From positions 512,001 to 576,000 of the forward strand of contig CBDAOY010000005.1 of assembly GCA_965198225.1 (NCBI GenBank): DNA of 64,000 bases, read 5' to 3'. The notes under the pieces are model-generated. The model saw only the letters and a program-made list of their open reading frames with translations, made no database searches and was not told where the DNA came from. The DNA is from Terriglobia bacterium. GTDB lineage: Bacteria > Acidobacteriota > Terriglobia > 20CM-2-55-15. Both the position numbers and the translations under genes were made by a program. How positions within the stretch are numbered: the first letter of the stretch is position 1; the number at the start of each line of letters is the position of its first letter. This document shows, one piece after another, positions 11,438 through 22,084 of the stretch.

Positions 11438-11840
11438 GAATTCCTCGTGTGTGGTCCGAATTCCCGTTTCCGTGCTGCGCCAAATCTACCAGAGGTGCAG
11501 GTCCTCGGACATTGCACAAAATACGTCCGGGGCCAGAGGATTGCAGAACCGTTCCTTTCTGCAATATGTCCGGGTGTGGAGGGAGATCAGGCAAAACGGA
11601 AATCCCGGCTTAGACCTCACCGCCAACTTTGCGGGCACCGCCCTTTCGAACGAGCGCACCATTCCCAATTTCAAAATCCTTGAATACAGACACAGTACCC
11701 TCAACGAGTGTGTGAAGCTGTTGGATCGCTTCGAGTGCATCCTTTTCGAGATCCTTGCTACGGGCGTGCGCATACCTGTTACGCAGGGCGCGTGATGCGC
11801 CGATAGGTGTTCTTGGTACATCGTTCGCGTAGACCGCAGC

Positions 11841-12899
11841 CGCCAGCTCGCATGGACCACGGACTGGTACCTGCGCGAGGAGACGCTCAAAGCTGCCTTC
11901 TCGGCTCTCGTGGACTTCCAGCACCCGCTGCCTCTTGCCGAGGCCTGGGGCGGTGGAACCCTCTCCTCCTCCGATGGCCAGCGATTCCCCGTTCGAGGCT
12001 CGGCGGAGAACGCGACCGCGCTCCCGAAATATTTCGGCCTCGGAAGGGGCCTCACTTTCTACACCTGGACCTCGGACCAGTACTCGCAGTACGGGTCGAA
12101 GGTCATCTCGTCTACGGTTCGTGACGCGACCTATGTCCTCGACGAGATCCTCGATAACCAGACCGATCTTCCGATCCTCGAGCACACGACCGACACCGCT
12201 GGCTACACCGAGATCGTCTTCGCCCTGTTTCAGCTTCTGGGGCTGCAGTTCGCCCCGCGCATCCGGGACTTGGGCGCTCAGCGCTTGTATCGTCTCGATG
12301 CTCCTCCGCGGAAAGAAGGGGTCGCGGTTCTGCTGAAGGGATTGGTTCGGAGCAAGACCCTACTCGACAACTGGGACGAACTCCTCCGGGTGGCCGGCTC
12401 ACTCCAGTTGGGTTGGGTGACCGCATCGCTCCTGATTTCGAAGCTCCAGGCTGGCGCAAGAGAGAACGTCTTGTCCCGAGCCCTCCGCGATCTCGGACGC
12501 CTCGTCAAGACCCCGTTCATCCTAAGGTGGATTGAGAACCCGGATTATCGTCGTCGAATCCACCGCCAGCTGAACAAGGGAGAAGCCCTCCACGCACTGC
12601 GCCGCTTCCTATTCTTCGCTCACGAAGGGAAGGTGCAGCGCCGTCAAGCAGATCAGCAGACGAATCAGGTCCTCTGCCTAAACTTGGTCACGAATGCCAT
12701 CGTCACCTGGAACACCGTCTATATGAACGCCGCCATCGAACGCCTGCGGGCCGAGGGGAGGATCGGCCGCGACATCGATCTCGGCCATCTGTCGCCTGCC
12801 CTCTACGGGCACGTCAATCCCTACGGTAAGTACCGATTCGAGATCGAGGGTCGAGCGCCAGGCCTCCGACCCCTAAGGAGTCCGGGAAACGACGCTTAG
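11841..12899 (+). pseudogene. tnpA: Tn3-family transposase, C-terminal catalytic part only
   Basis: SSDGQRF, HTTDTAGY, FAPRIRD, QLNKGEALHAL, HVNPYGKY; 5' part missing. Confidence 0.9.
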
Positions 12900-12932
12900 C
12901 GTGCGCTTTTGCTCCGTTACTGTCGGAACCCC
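12895..12932 (-). repeat. Tn3-family 38-bp terminal inverted repeat
   Basis: Reverse complement GGGGTTCCGACAGTAACGGAGCAAAAGCGCACGCTAAG (GGGG...ACGCTAAG consensus). Confidence 0.9.
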
Positions 12933-12934
12933 GT

Positions 12935-13100
12935 CACGAGGGCTGGAAGCTGGTCGAGGAATATCGAGATGAGGAATCGGGTGCCACCGGGAGCCGCGCT
13001 CGATTCCAAGCGCTCTTCGAGGACGCGCACCAGCGGAAGTTCGATGTCGTCGTCTTCTGGGCGCTCGACCGCTTCTTCGAGGGCACGCTGGCAACACCGA
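12935..13100 (+). pseudogene. serine recombinase (resolvase) fragment next to the Tn3 end
   Basis: Reads GWKLVEEYRDEESGATGSRARFQALFEDAHQRKFDVVVFWALDRF. Confidence 0.7.
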
Positions 13101-13239
13101 AGGGCAAGCACGATGACGGACCCGTGGCGACGCAGATCACTCGGGGCTGCCAGCCTTTTCGGTGGCGTGAGGTGTTGCTGTGACTGGGAAACGCGGGATG
13201 GAGGCGGATTGTTGCGCCAAAAACGGGCGGATTACCCGG

Positions 13240-14685
13240 TCAAACCGCTGCGACGGCAATCAAGGCGGGAATTCCTACGAGGTTGATTGCGCGGCGCATG
13301 TTGTAGGCCAAGGCGGTGAGGCTGAACTCCCCGCGGACATTGCCGAGTCGGCGCGTCAGGAACGCGCCTTGGCCCATCCACTGCTTGATCGAACCGAAGG
13401 GATGCTCGACCGACTCCCGGCGACGATCCATCACCTCGGGCCGGGCGGCGAGACGGTTCGCCATGCGCTCCATCGTTGCTTCGTTCTCGAAGCGCGTGAT
13501 GCGCCGATAGGTGTTCTTGGTACATCGTTCGCGTAGACCGCAGCCTCTGCATGCGGCGCGGTTGGCGTAACTGACAAGATACGTGCCTGTGCGCGACTTA
13601 CCCACGCTTCGGCGATACAACGGCACCAGGCGCTCACCAGCGGGGCACCGGTAGGTGTCCGTGGAGTCGTCGTATTGGAAATCGGACTTCGGAAAGTGGC
13701 CACTGCGTCTGGCCGTGCTCCGGTCGGGCTTCGGAACGTAGGGCGTGATCCCGGCGGCTTCGCAGTCCTCAATGTCTTCGATCTTGTAGTAGCCTCGGTC
13801 CGCGACCGCGTCGATCTCGTCGACAGCCAAGTTCTCCCGAGCCGCTGTGGCCGTCTCCGCGAGCAGACCGAGGTCCGAGACCTTGCTATGGACCTGCTGT
13901 TCGGCGATCAGGTTGTGCTCAGTGTCGACAGCGATCTGGACGTTGTAGCCGACTCCGACCCGTGTCCCGGAATGCATTGACCGGGAGTCCGGATCCGTAA
14001 GCGACAGCTGGGCTTCTCCGGTATCGTCCAGCGTCTGCCGATGCCCCTCCAAGGTCTCCTTTCTCTTACGGATCGATGCGATCTTCTCCTGAAGATCCGC
14101 CACGGCAGCCGCTCTGCCGCCGGCATCATCGTCGGCTTCGCCTGGTCGAGGTATCGAGTCGGTCGCGATACGCTGCAGGTCCGTCTTCAGCTTGGCCCGC
14201 GTGAAGTTGCGGTCCCGGTGGTTCACCGCCTTGATGCGCGTGCCGTCCACGGCGATCAACTCCCGCCCGTACAGGTCGAGTTCCCGGCACAACCGCACGA
14301 ACCGCCGAAACACCGCCCGGAACGCATGCCGATTGTCGCGCCGGAAGTCGGAGATCGTCTTGAAGTCGGGCTTCAGCTGGCGTAGCAGCCAGATCGCCTC
14401 GAGGTTGCGATGCGTCTCTGTCTCCAGCCTGCGGCTCGACCGAATACGATTCAGATACCCGTAGATATACAGCTTCAGCAGATCCGCGGGATCGTAGCCT
14501 GGACGGCCCTTGTCGTTGGGCCGAACGCGCTGGAATCCAGCCGCCTCAAGGTCGAGACCGTCGACGAATGCATCAATGAAACGGACCGGGTTGTCCGGTC
14601 CCACGTAGTCGTCCACAGTATCGGGCAGAAGCAGAAGCTGGGAACGGTCTTCACCGGTGATATGTGCCATGACACATTTTACCAA
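13240..14685 (-). CDS. IS1182-family transposase (small internal lesion relative to the second copy); element end at 14754
   Basis: GRPGYDP, SSRRLE, AVDGTRIKA, ADRGY, RRESVEHPFGSIK; end sequence CAGACTGTGTGAAAAGTC. Confidence 0.92.
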   Translation of the reverse strand: MVKCVMAHITGEDRSQLLLLPDTVDDYVGPDNPVRFIDAFVDGLDLEAAGFQRVRPNDKGRPGYDPADLLKLYIYGYLNRIRSSRRLETETHRNLEAIWLLRQLKPDFKTISDFRRDNRHAFRAVFRRFVRLCRELDLYGRELIAVDGTRIKAVNHRDRNFTRAKLKTDLQRIATDSIPRPGEADDDAGGRAAAVADLQEKIASIRKRKETLEGHRQTLDDTGEAQLSLTDPDSRSMHSGTRVGVGYNVQIAVDTEHNLIAEQQVHSKVSDLGLLAETATAARENLAVDEIDAVADRGYYKIEDIEDCEAAGITPYVPKPDRSTARRSGHFPKSDFQYDDSTDTYRCPAGERLVPLYRRSVGKSRTGTYLVSYANRAACRGCGLRERCTKNTYRRITRFENEATMERMANRLAARPEVMDRRRESVEHPFGSIKQWMGQGAFLTRRLGNVRGEFSLTALAYNMRRAINLVGIPALIAVAAV

Positions 14686-15116
14686 CCGCCATGGGGAACC
14701 TGATGCCAGTTCACCGACTCCCGCCCGGCTGTCGCCGACTTTTCACACAGTCTGGTTCCTTTGTGCGCCAGGCGCAAGTTTCCACCCGCAGCTTCGGACA
14801 GCATGTGGCGGATATTCCGGGAGCGGTATCCCCTTGCTGTGGGCATTCTTTGCTTCTTAATCTGCCCCTTCCATGCACGGGCTGATCCTGCGCCTCGGAT
14901 TTCAATCCCCGGGTCAGGCGCGACAACGTCTTGCTATCGCCGCGGCGGCTTGATTATGGTGGGTTCACTCTGTCCATGAAATCAGGGGCGGTACAGTCCA
15001 TCTCGTTTCGCTGGACATAGCGTGATCCTCCTGCGTTGTAGTTTCTCAAATCACTGTCCAAAGAAATCGTGGGGCGGGGAAAACATTGCACGCTAAGATG
15101 GGTGGCATGTCCAAAC

Positions 15117-15245
15117 CACGGAGGAAGAAGCCGACCGTGGCGGTGGTGCCGTTGGGATTGACCATGGCGATCCCGGTCCGGAGCGGGCCGTCCCTTTCGG
15201 CAAAGATCCGTCCTTCCATCGCTCCGGTGCGGGCGAATATGGCAG
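15117..15245 (-). pseudogene. fragment of a secreted repeat-domain protein
   Basis: GRIFAERDGPLRTGIAMVNPNGTTATVGFF resembles a beta-rich repeat of large secreted proteins; isolated fragment. Confidence 0.35.
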
Positions 15246-15326
15246 AATGAGGCATCCAGCGTAAACGAGACGATTCGGTTTCCATTGCTGAAGAAAAAGA
15301 TGGGGACCGAAGGAGAGGAGCCCTCC

Positions 15327-17540
15327 GTGCAGCTGAAAGCCTTCCGTGTGCAGAAGTTTCGAAATATTGAGGACTCGGGAGAGGTCGATCTAACCGATGC
15401 GCTCGCTTGCGTGGTCGGGAAGAACCAGGCGGGGAAGAGCGCCCTCCTACGCGGGTTGCACAAGTTCAACCCGCATCGCCCGGCGCCGTACGACATGCGC
15501 CGCGACTGGCCCCGTGGCCAGCGCACCAAGCGCGACAAGAAGCAGGTCGTTTGCCAGGTGCGATTCACACTCTCGCCCGAAGAGTTGAAAAAGCTTGGAG
15601 AGATCGCTGGCCGGGAATTGAGCGGCGCGGATGTCGTCGTCACGAAGGACTACGATGGGAAGTTCGGGATTCAGCTCCCAGAAGATTCGGATCTCTTCCC
15701 GGACGAATTGCACTCCGATCCGATCGATGCTATCTGCGAAAAACTGCCAGAGCCGACCTACCCGGTCGGCATGAAGTTCCAGGCGGCGGCAGACAAGTGC
15801 ATCCTGGAGGCCAGGCAGTACGCAAGGGAGCGCCGCTTCGAGGAACTCACCCAGCTCCGCGACCAGCACGTAGCGGTGCTCGAAGAGGAACGCACCGACG
15901 TGAAGGTGGCGCGCCAACAGGCGAACGAAAAACAGTTCATTGAGGATTACAAGACGAAGCTGACGGAGGCCTTGACCGCGCTCGGCGTCGAGCGCACGAA
16001 ACATCAGCAGGCCCAAGACTACATCATCTCCCGGCTCCCGACTTTCATCTACATGGATGATTACAAGAGATTCCAGGGCTGCGCTAACCTGGAGCAACTC
16101 AAAGAGCGCCGGAACAACAAGAAATTGGCCCTCTCCGAAGAGGACGAGACGTTCCTGATGATCCTCAAGCTCGGCGGTCTCGACCTGGACAAGTTGATCG
16201 AGCAGGGCAAGTCAGAAGATCAGGACGTCATCCATGATCGCCAGATCGATCTCCAGGACGCCGCCACGACGTTGACCAGCGGCGTCGCCGGACGCTGGGG
16301 CCAGAACGAGTACCAGGTGCAGTTCCGGGCCGATGGACCTCTGTTCTTCACAGAGATTGAGGAGACGGCCAAAAACATTGGGATGATCCCGCTCGAGGAG
16401 CAGTCGAAGGGCTTCCAGTGGTTCTTCTCGTTCGATCTGCACTTCATGCACGACAGCGAAGGATCCTTCGAGGGCTGCGTGCTTCTGCTAGACGAGCCTG
16501 GCCTCCACCTGCATCCGGGGGGGCAAAGGGATCTTCTCTCGCGCCTGGACGCATACGCGAAGAAAAACACGCTGATCTATACGACGCACCTGCCGTCCCT
16601 CGTCGATCTGCGCGAGCCCAAGCGGATCAAGATCATCAAGCAAACTGAGCTGGGGGCAGTAGTATCGGATGATCTCGGCGGAACTCAGACCGACGAGCGG
16701 CTGACGCTTCAGGCCGCGCTCGGGATGCGGGCGAACCAGAGTCTCCTTGTTTCCAAGCGGAATCTTCTCGTCGAGGGTGTCCACGACTACTGGATCATCA
16801 GAGAGCTCTCGAACATCTTCGAGCGTGAGGAGCGCGCCTGCCTGCCAGAAGATGTCTTGATCACAGTAGTCGGCGGGGCATCGGAGATCGTCCCGACCGC
16901 CACGTTCATGATCGGCCATGAACTCAACATCGTCGCGCTATTCAATTCGGACTCGGCGGGGAAGGAGGCCGAGGATGGGCTTCGGCAGACGTGGATCACC
17001 CGGTATAGGGGAGCACGGGCGGTGACGTTGCGGGTTGGTGACGCGCTTGGGATGCCGGACGAGGGCGCGACGATCGAAGACCTCTTCACGGAGGCCTACT
17101 ATATGGAGAAGGTGCGCGAGTCGCATGCGTTGAAGTTGAAGAGCAAGGGGCTCACCACTGATGCGATCACACTGAGCGGCTCGGGCCCCGTCCTGCCACG
17201 GCTGCAGCAGTGCTTCGACAAACTCAAGGTGGACCTCGACAAGAGGGCGGTGGGCAAGCTGATCCGCCGGGATCTGATCCAGTGCAAGGGTGTCCACTTC
17301 CTTCCGACCGGAGTGGCGGAGAAGGGTGAGGCCTTGCTGACCGCTCTGCGGGATGCGTTCGACACTCCGGACGCCGACACTCCGGACGCCGGCACTCCGG
17401 ACGTCGACACTCCGGACGCCGACACTCCGGACGTCGACACTCCGGACGTCGGCACTTCGGCCGAGCAGACGCCTCCGCTCGCAAATGTCGGTTCCGATAC
17501 TCTCGACACCGGTTCGACTGCCTCGCCCATACCGGATTGA
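15327..17540 (+). CDS. OLD-family ATP-dependent nuclease (ABC ATPase + TOPRIM)
   Basis: Walker A GKNQAGKS, SKGFQWF, Walker B LLLDEPGLHLHP, YTTH, TOPRIM LLVEGVHD and IEDLF; GTG start at 15327 with RBS (open frame from 15285). Confidence 0.88.
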   Translation: MQLKAFRVQKFRNIEDSGEVDLTDALACVVGKNQAGKSALLRGLHKFNPHRPAPYDMRRDWPRGQRTKRDKKQVVCQVRFTLSPEELKKLGEIAGRELSGADVVVTKDYDGKFGIQLPEDSDLFPDELHSDPIDAICEKLPEPTYPVGMKFQAAADKCILEARQYARERRFEELTQLRDQHVAVLEEERTDVKVARQQANEKQFIEDYKTKLTEALTALGVERTKHQQAQDYIISRLPTFIYMDDYKRFQGCANLEQLKERRNNKKLALSEEDETFLMILKLGGLDLDKLIEQGKSEDQDVIHDRQIDLQDAATTLTSGVAGRWGQNEYQVQFRADGPLFFTEIEETAKNIGMIPLEEQSKGFQWFFSFDLHFMHDSEGSFEGCVLLLDEPGLHLHPGGQRDLLSRLDAYAKKNTLIYTTHLPSLVDLREPKRIKIIKQTELGAVVSDDLGGTQTDERLTLQAALGMRANQSLLVSKRNLLVEGVHDYWIIRELSNIFEREERACLPEDVLITVVGGASEIVPTATFMIGHELNIVALFNSDSAGKEAEDGLRQTWITRYRGARAVTLRVGDALGMPDEGATIEDLFTEAYYMEKVRESHALKLKSKGLTTDAITLSGSGPVLPRLQQCFDKLKVDLDKRAVGKLIRRDLIQCKGVHFLPTGVAEKGEALLTALRDAFDTPDADTPDAGTPDVDTPDADTPDVDTPDVGTSAEQTPPLANVGSDTLDTGSTASPIPD
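17361..17450 (+). repeat. 15-bp coding tandem repeat x6 (DTPDA/V)
   Basis: G(A/G)CACTCCGGACG(C/T)C repeated six times. Confidence 0.95.
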
Positions 17541-17816
17541 TGAACGCTACCAGCGGCCTATAAGAACACCCCCAATGAGTGCAAGGCGTTGGCTCTGCTG
17601 ACAGCTTCCATGGTTTAACCGTTGCGGGTTTTGCGGTTCCGTTATCTCGTACCGACACTGCGGGAGAACGTAGAGTTTTTGCCTGTATTAGACCGGCGGA
17701 CTCGCCTTCCTCGTTGCTTCCAGGCCCATTAATGCCGCCGTCACCGGGGTTTCATGTGTGGCGCCCGATTTCGTTCGGGAATTCCAACTGAAGGGTTCTA
17801 TTCCAACAAAGGTGGG

Positions 17817-18437
17817 CGGATCGGGACGGCGCTCGCCTGGAAGGACACATTCACCGGCAGCGCAGCCCAGATCGCGAACGGTATCGAGGCGATGGCCGGA
17901 GGCGCGTCCCTGACCGAAACGTGGAGGAATCGTTTGACGGGGGCCGCTACCGTCACCGAAAGCGCTGTCCTGGACCTCTGGGCTCCTCTTGGAACCGGCC
18001 GGAGCGCGGCGGGTGTTGCGGCCTATCAGACGCAGCGGGAACAAGCCGACGTGCGGCTCGTTCTGAACTTCGTTAGCAGTGACGCGGCCACCGCGCTACT
18101 GGCGGCGGCGGATGCATCCGTAGCGGCCTATGCGGGCATGGCCGCGAACACGAACCTCTCCGATACGGCATTGCGGCAACAGCTGGTGGCCGCACGCATC
18201 ACCCGGGGCAATCTCAAGACCGGGATCGCGCAGCAGATGGCCGTCGAGGCGGCGCGGCAGAGCGCGGAGGCGCTGGAAGCCGAGATCGGGCGGCGGGAGG
18301 CGCTCTCACGCTGGGTAGCGGCGCAGCAACGGGCCCAGGCCACCTTCAGCGCGCATCAGTCCGGGATCGCCGCGCACCGCGACGCCATGCGCGAGGGATT
18401 GGCCTGGCAACCCCTGAACCTTTACGGCGGACAGTAG
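17817..18437 (+). pseudogene. 5'-truncated VirB5/TrbJ-like paralogue
   Basis: Highly similar to the C-terminal two thirds of 18447..19352 (IGTALxWKDTFTGSAAQIANGIEAM ... PLNLY). Confidence 0.75.
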
Positions 18438-18446
18438 GAGGCTGAC

Positions 18447-19352
18447 ATGAAAACCCGAATCATTCCCGTGCTCATTCTGCTGCCGGTCCTCATCGTTTCG
18501 ATGACCGTCGAGGCCCAGGCAATCATCGGCGGCATTATCGCGGGCATCCAGCGGGCACAGATGATCGTCAATCAGGGCCTGCAGATCTACGAGCAGCAAC
18601 TCGCCAAGCTCACGATGGACGGGCAACTGCTTCAACTGACCGATCAGTTCGACCACCTGCGGGACCAGGCGCTGGGCGCGGTCGGGGAACTCACCGATCC
18701 GTTCACCGACATGGTTTCCCAGCCCACGCGGATGATCGGGACGGCGCTCACCTGGAAGGACACATTCACCGGCAGCGCGGCCCAGATCGCGAACGGCATC
18801 GAGGCGATGGCGGCGGGCACGTCCCTGACCCAGACGTGGCAAGGGCGTCTGGCTGCGGTCGACACCGTGACGGAAACCGAAGTTCTCGCCCTCTACGCTC
18901 CGCTTGGAACCGATCGGAGCGCGGCGGCATCGTCGGCCTATCAGTCACAGCGGGAACAGGCCGACGAGCGCCTTGTCCTGAGTTTCGCCACCAGCGACGC
19001 GGCCACCGAGCTGCTGCGAGCGGCCGAGGAGGCGGCGGCCGCTTACGCGGACATGGCCGCCAGGACGAACCTGTCGAATACCGCATTGCAGCAACAGTTG
19101 GTTGCCGGAGCCATTACCGAGGGCAACCTGGATGCCGCCATCGCGCAGATGGGGGCTGTGGAGGCGGCGCGGCGGAACGCGGAGGCACTGGAAGCCGAGA
19201 TCGGACGCCGGGAAGCGCTCGCCCGCTGGGTGGCGGCCCAGCAACGCGCCCAGGCGACGTTCAATGCGCATCAGGCCGGGATCGCGGCACACAGCGACGC
19301 CATGGGCGAGGGATTGGCGTGGCGTCCCTTGAACCTTTACGCGGGACCGTAG
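18447..19352 (+). CDS. VirB5/TrbJ-like secreted type IV secretion protein
   Basis: Signal peptide ending AQA, Gln/Ala-rich helical protein, directly upstream of VirB6 and VirB8. Confidence 0.65.
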   Translation: MKTRIIPVLILLPVLIVSMTVEAQAIIGGIIAGIQRAQMIVNQGLQIYEQQLAKLTMDGQLLQLTDQFDHLRDQALGAVGELTDPFTDMVSQPTRMIGTALTWKDTFTGSAAQIANGIEAMAAGTSLTQTWQGRLAAVDTVTETEVLALYAPLGTDRSAAASSAYQSQREQADERLVLSFATSDAATELLRAAEEAAAAYADMAARTNLSNTALQQQLVAGAITEGNLDAAIAQMGAVEAARRNAEALEAEIGRREALARWVAAQQRAQATFNAHQAGIAAHSDAMGEGLAWRPLNLYAGP

Positions 19353-19358
19353 CGGATC

Positions 19359-20398
19359 GTGTGCGCACTGTTTCTGGTCCTGCTGCTACAGGTGCCGACT
19401 CAGATTGATCCCGCTGTGCCGGTACAGATACCCGAAGGCGATCAGGCCAACTTCAAGCTGTTCCTGGACCGGGTACTGGAATCCGTATTGGGGAGTGCGG
19501 CCAATCCAGTCCTCGATCTGGGACGCGATCTGTGGCGGGGCATGGCGGTCATCGTCATCGTCTGGACCGGATTGAAGATCGCCTTCAGCGGGAGCATCGA
19601 GGCATGGGAGATCGTGCGGCTCGTCTTCGGATTATGGATTCCGTGGGTGATGTTGCAATTCTATTCGGTGCCCTTGCCGGGAATGGCCCTGTCCTTTCCG
19701 GAAATGATTGCGGGAGGCGGGACGTGGCTGCAACGGATGTTTCTCGAGGACACGGTTTCCTCGATGCAAACCCAGCTGGGCGACCTCGTCAACAATCTCG
19801 CCGCCGACCTGGAAGCCGCCCGCCAGGGCGGGCTGATCTCCATGGTTGTGACCGGCGTCGGGCGCACCCTGACTCTGGTTGCCGGAGCCATCATCATGCT
19901 CCTGGTGGTGCTCTGTCTCGTTCTCTTGTTCGCCGTCACCTACGCCCAGGTGATCTGGGCCCAGATCGCCATCTACATCCTCATCTTCATCGGGCCGATC
20001 TTCATCCCCTGGATGGTGTTCGAGCCGCTGGCCTTCATGTTCTGGGGCTGGTTCAAGGCCATGATCACCTACTCGCTCTATGGCCTCGTCGCCGGCGTCG
20101 TCATGCGCGTGTTCATGGGCGTGGCGCTGGGCTTCGTGACCACGCTCAACTCCACCACGCTCAACTGGGACTCGCTGGCCGACCTGGGCCGGTGGCTGCT
20201 GGTCGTGCTCCCCTCTTCGTGGCCGGGATACTGGCCAGTCTCAAGGTCGGGGCGCTGGCCTCGATGCTGGTCACCGGAGGCGGGGCCGCCGGCAGCGGGA
20301 TCGGGGGAGTCGCGACAGCGGGCGCGGCAGCGGCCAGCGGCGGCGCGAAGCTGGCGGCCAGCGGCGGGAAAGCCGGGGCGACAGGAGGCTTGAAATGA
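19359..20398 (+). CDS. virB6: VirB6/TrbL type IV secretion membrane protein (frameshift in C-run at ~20210)
   Basis: Polytopic; FIGPIFIPWMVFEPLAFMFWGWFK motif; Gly/Ala-rich tail continues in the frame ending 20398. Confidence 0.82.
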
Positions 20399-21060
20399 GC
20401 AGGAAAGAACCGAAAGACGCCGGGGCCGAATACGCCGAGATCTGGGGCGAGGCCATCCACTCGAATCGTCATCTGCGGGTGTTCTCGATCGGGCTGGGCG
20501 CGGTGTGCGTCTTGCTCATCATCGTCATCATTCGGATTGTGGGGGTCGATCCCCCCAAACCCATCGTCATCCGGGTGGACGAGATCGGGCGGGCCGAGGC
20601 GCTGGCCTATGAAGCGGTGGAGGCCCAGGCGAATCCCCTGGACTCCACCACCAAATACTTTCTCAACCGCTTCATCCACGACTTCTATTCCCGGCGGCGG
20701 GCCACCGTCCAGGAGGGCTGGAGCCGCTCGCTCCGCTTTCTCGCCGCGCCCCTCGCCAACGCTTCCTTCCAGGCCGAGGGCCAGAACGTCGCCCTGCTCG
20801 CGGCCGGCGGCGCCCGGGACGAGTTGCAGGTGGATAACGTCGTGCTTCGCATCCAGGCCAACCCTGCCCCTCCCCACGGAGCGGTTGCCGACTTCGATCT
20901 GGTCCGGCTGGTTCAGTCGTCTGAGGTGGCGCGCGAGCGATGGTCGCTCTCGCTCCAATTCATGTTCCTCGACCGGGTCCCCCCGGACCTGATCGTCTAC
21001 AACCCGATGGGCCTGGTGATTACCTATCTCCAGGGCGATCGGGCCTTCGGCGGACAATGA
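20395..21060 (+). CDS. virB8: VirB8/TrbF family protein
   Basis: Single TM, PIVIRVDEIG, YNPMGLVITY motif. Confidence 0.88.
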   Translation: MSRKEPKDAGAEYAEIWGEAIHSNRHLRVFSIGLGAVCVLLIIVIIRIVGVDPPKPIVIRVDEIGRAEALAYEAVEAQANPLDSTTKYFLNRFIHDFYSRRRATVQEGWSRSLRFLAAPLANASFQAEGQNVALLAAGGARDELQVDNVVLRIQANPAPPHGAVADFDLVRLVQSSEVARERWSLSLQFMFLDRVPPDLIVYNPMGLVITYLQGDRAFGGQ

Positions 21061-22055
21061 CGATCGCGCACCTTCGAGGCCGGGAGAAAGCGCTGGAACC
21101 GCTGGGATGGACCGGGGCCGAGGCGGAGTGGATCGCCCTGGTCTGCCTCCATAGCGGCATCTTTACCCGGTCGCAGTTCTGCTTCTACTTCGACGTGCGG
21201 CCTAATCGCGCCCATCGCTTCGTACGGGCTTTGGTTCAGCGCGGATCGGCGGCGGAGCCCAACACGCCCCGGTATGAAGGCGCGGCGCGGGCTTGCCGAA
21301 TATTCGACAAACGGATCTACCGGGCGCTCGGGATCCAGGACGTAAAGCATCGCCGGGAAGCGACCTTCGACCTCACCCTGCGGCGGCTGCTCTCCTTCGA
21401 TTACGTCCTGGAACATCCGAACCTGCGATGGCTTCCCACCGAGGGGGAAAAGGTCGCGTGCTTTGACGGCCTCGGGATCGGCCGGGATCTCTTGCCGCGC
21501 CGGGTCTACAAGGGAGCGGCGGGGGCCCAGAAACGCTTTTTCGCGCTGAAACTTCCCATCGCCATGGACACCGAAATCGCCACGTTCATCTATGTCGATC
21601 CGGGGCATGAAACCGACAACGGGATTCGCTCTTGGGGGGGCGCGCATCGGCGGCTTTGGAACGCCCTTCTGGCGAAAGGTATCGCGGTTCGGATCGTGGC
21701 GATTGCCCGGAACCGGGAGGCGCTGGACCGGGCCGTGAAATGGTTGCGGACCTGGGCAACAACCACCCCGAAATCACAGCCCCAGGGGATGACGGCGAAG
21801 CAGGAAATCGAGCATATCACCCAGGCCATCCTTGACGGAGATTGGGCCGGGTTGGATGAGCGATATGGGGGTCTGAATCCGGCCATACAGCGGAAGGATG
21901 CACTGATGGAGAATCCGGTGCGGAACGTCGGCGAGGGGGTGTCGATTACCGACTACCGGGCCGTGTGTACCGGGCGGATCCATGTCCTGGAGAACTGGTC
22001 CGGGGCCGAGACCGAAGACGAGCCGGAGGGGACATGGCGCGTGGAGACGGTTTGA
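21057..22055 (+). CDS. uncharacterised 332-aa protein coupled to the T4SS operon (candidate relaxase/origin-binding protein)
   Basis: ATGA overlap with the virB8 stop; homologue at 60981-61592; wHTH-like N-terminus; function inferred from context only. Confidence 0.75.
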   Translation: MTIAHLRGREKALEPLGWTGAEAEWIALVCLHSGIFTRSQFCFYFDVRPNRAHRFVRALVQRGSAAEPNTPRYEGAARACRIFDKRIYRALGIQDVKHRREATFDLTLRRLLSFDYVLEHPNLRWLPTEGEKVACFDGLGIGRDLLPRRVYKGAAGAQKRFFALKLPIAMDTEIATFIYVDPGHETDNGIRSWGGAHRRLWNALLAKGIAVRIVAIARNREALDRAVKWLRTWATTTPKSQPQGMTAKQEIEHITQAILDGDWAGLDERYGGLNPAIQRKDALMENPVRNVGEGVSITDYRAVCTGRIHVLENWSGAETEDEPEGTWRVETV

Positions 22056-22084
22056 GGGTCGGGTCGGGGCCGAATCCGGGGCGA

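Noticed and set aside
17361-17450. 15-bp repeats as CRISPR or a regulatory array
   Set aside because: In-frame coding VNTR with no spacers.
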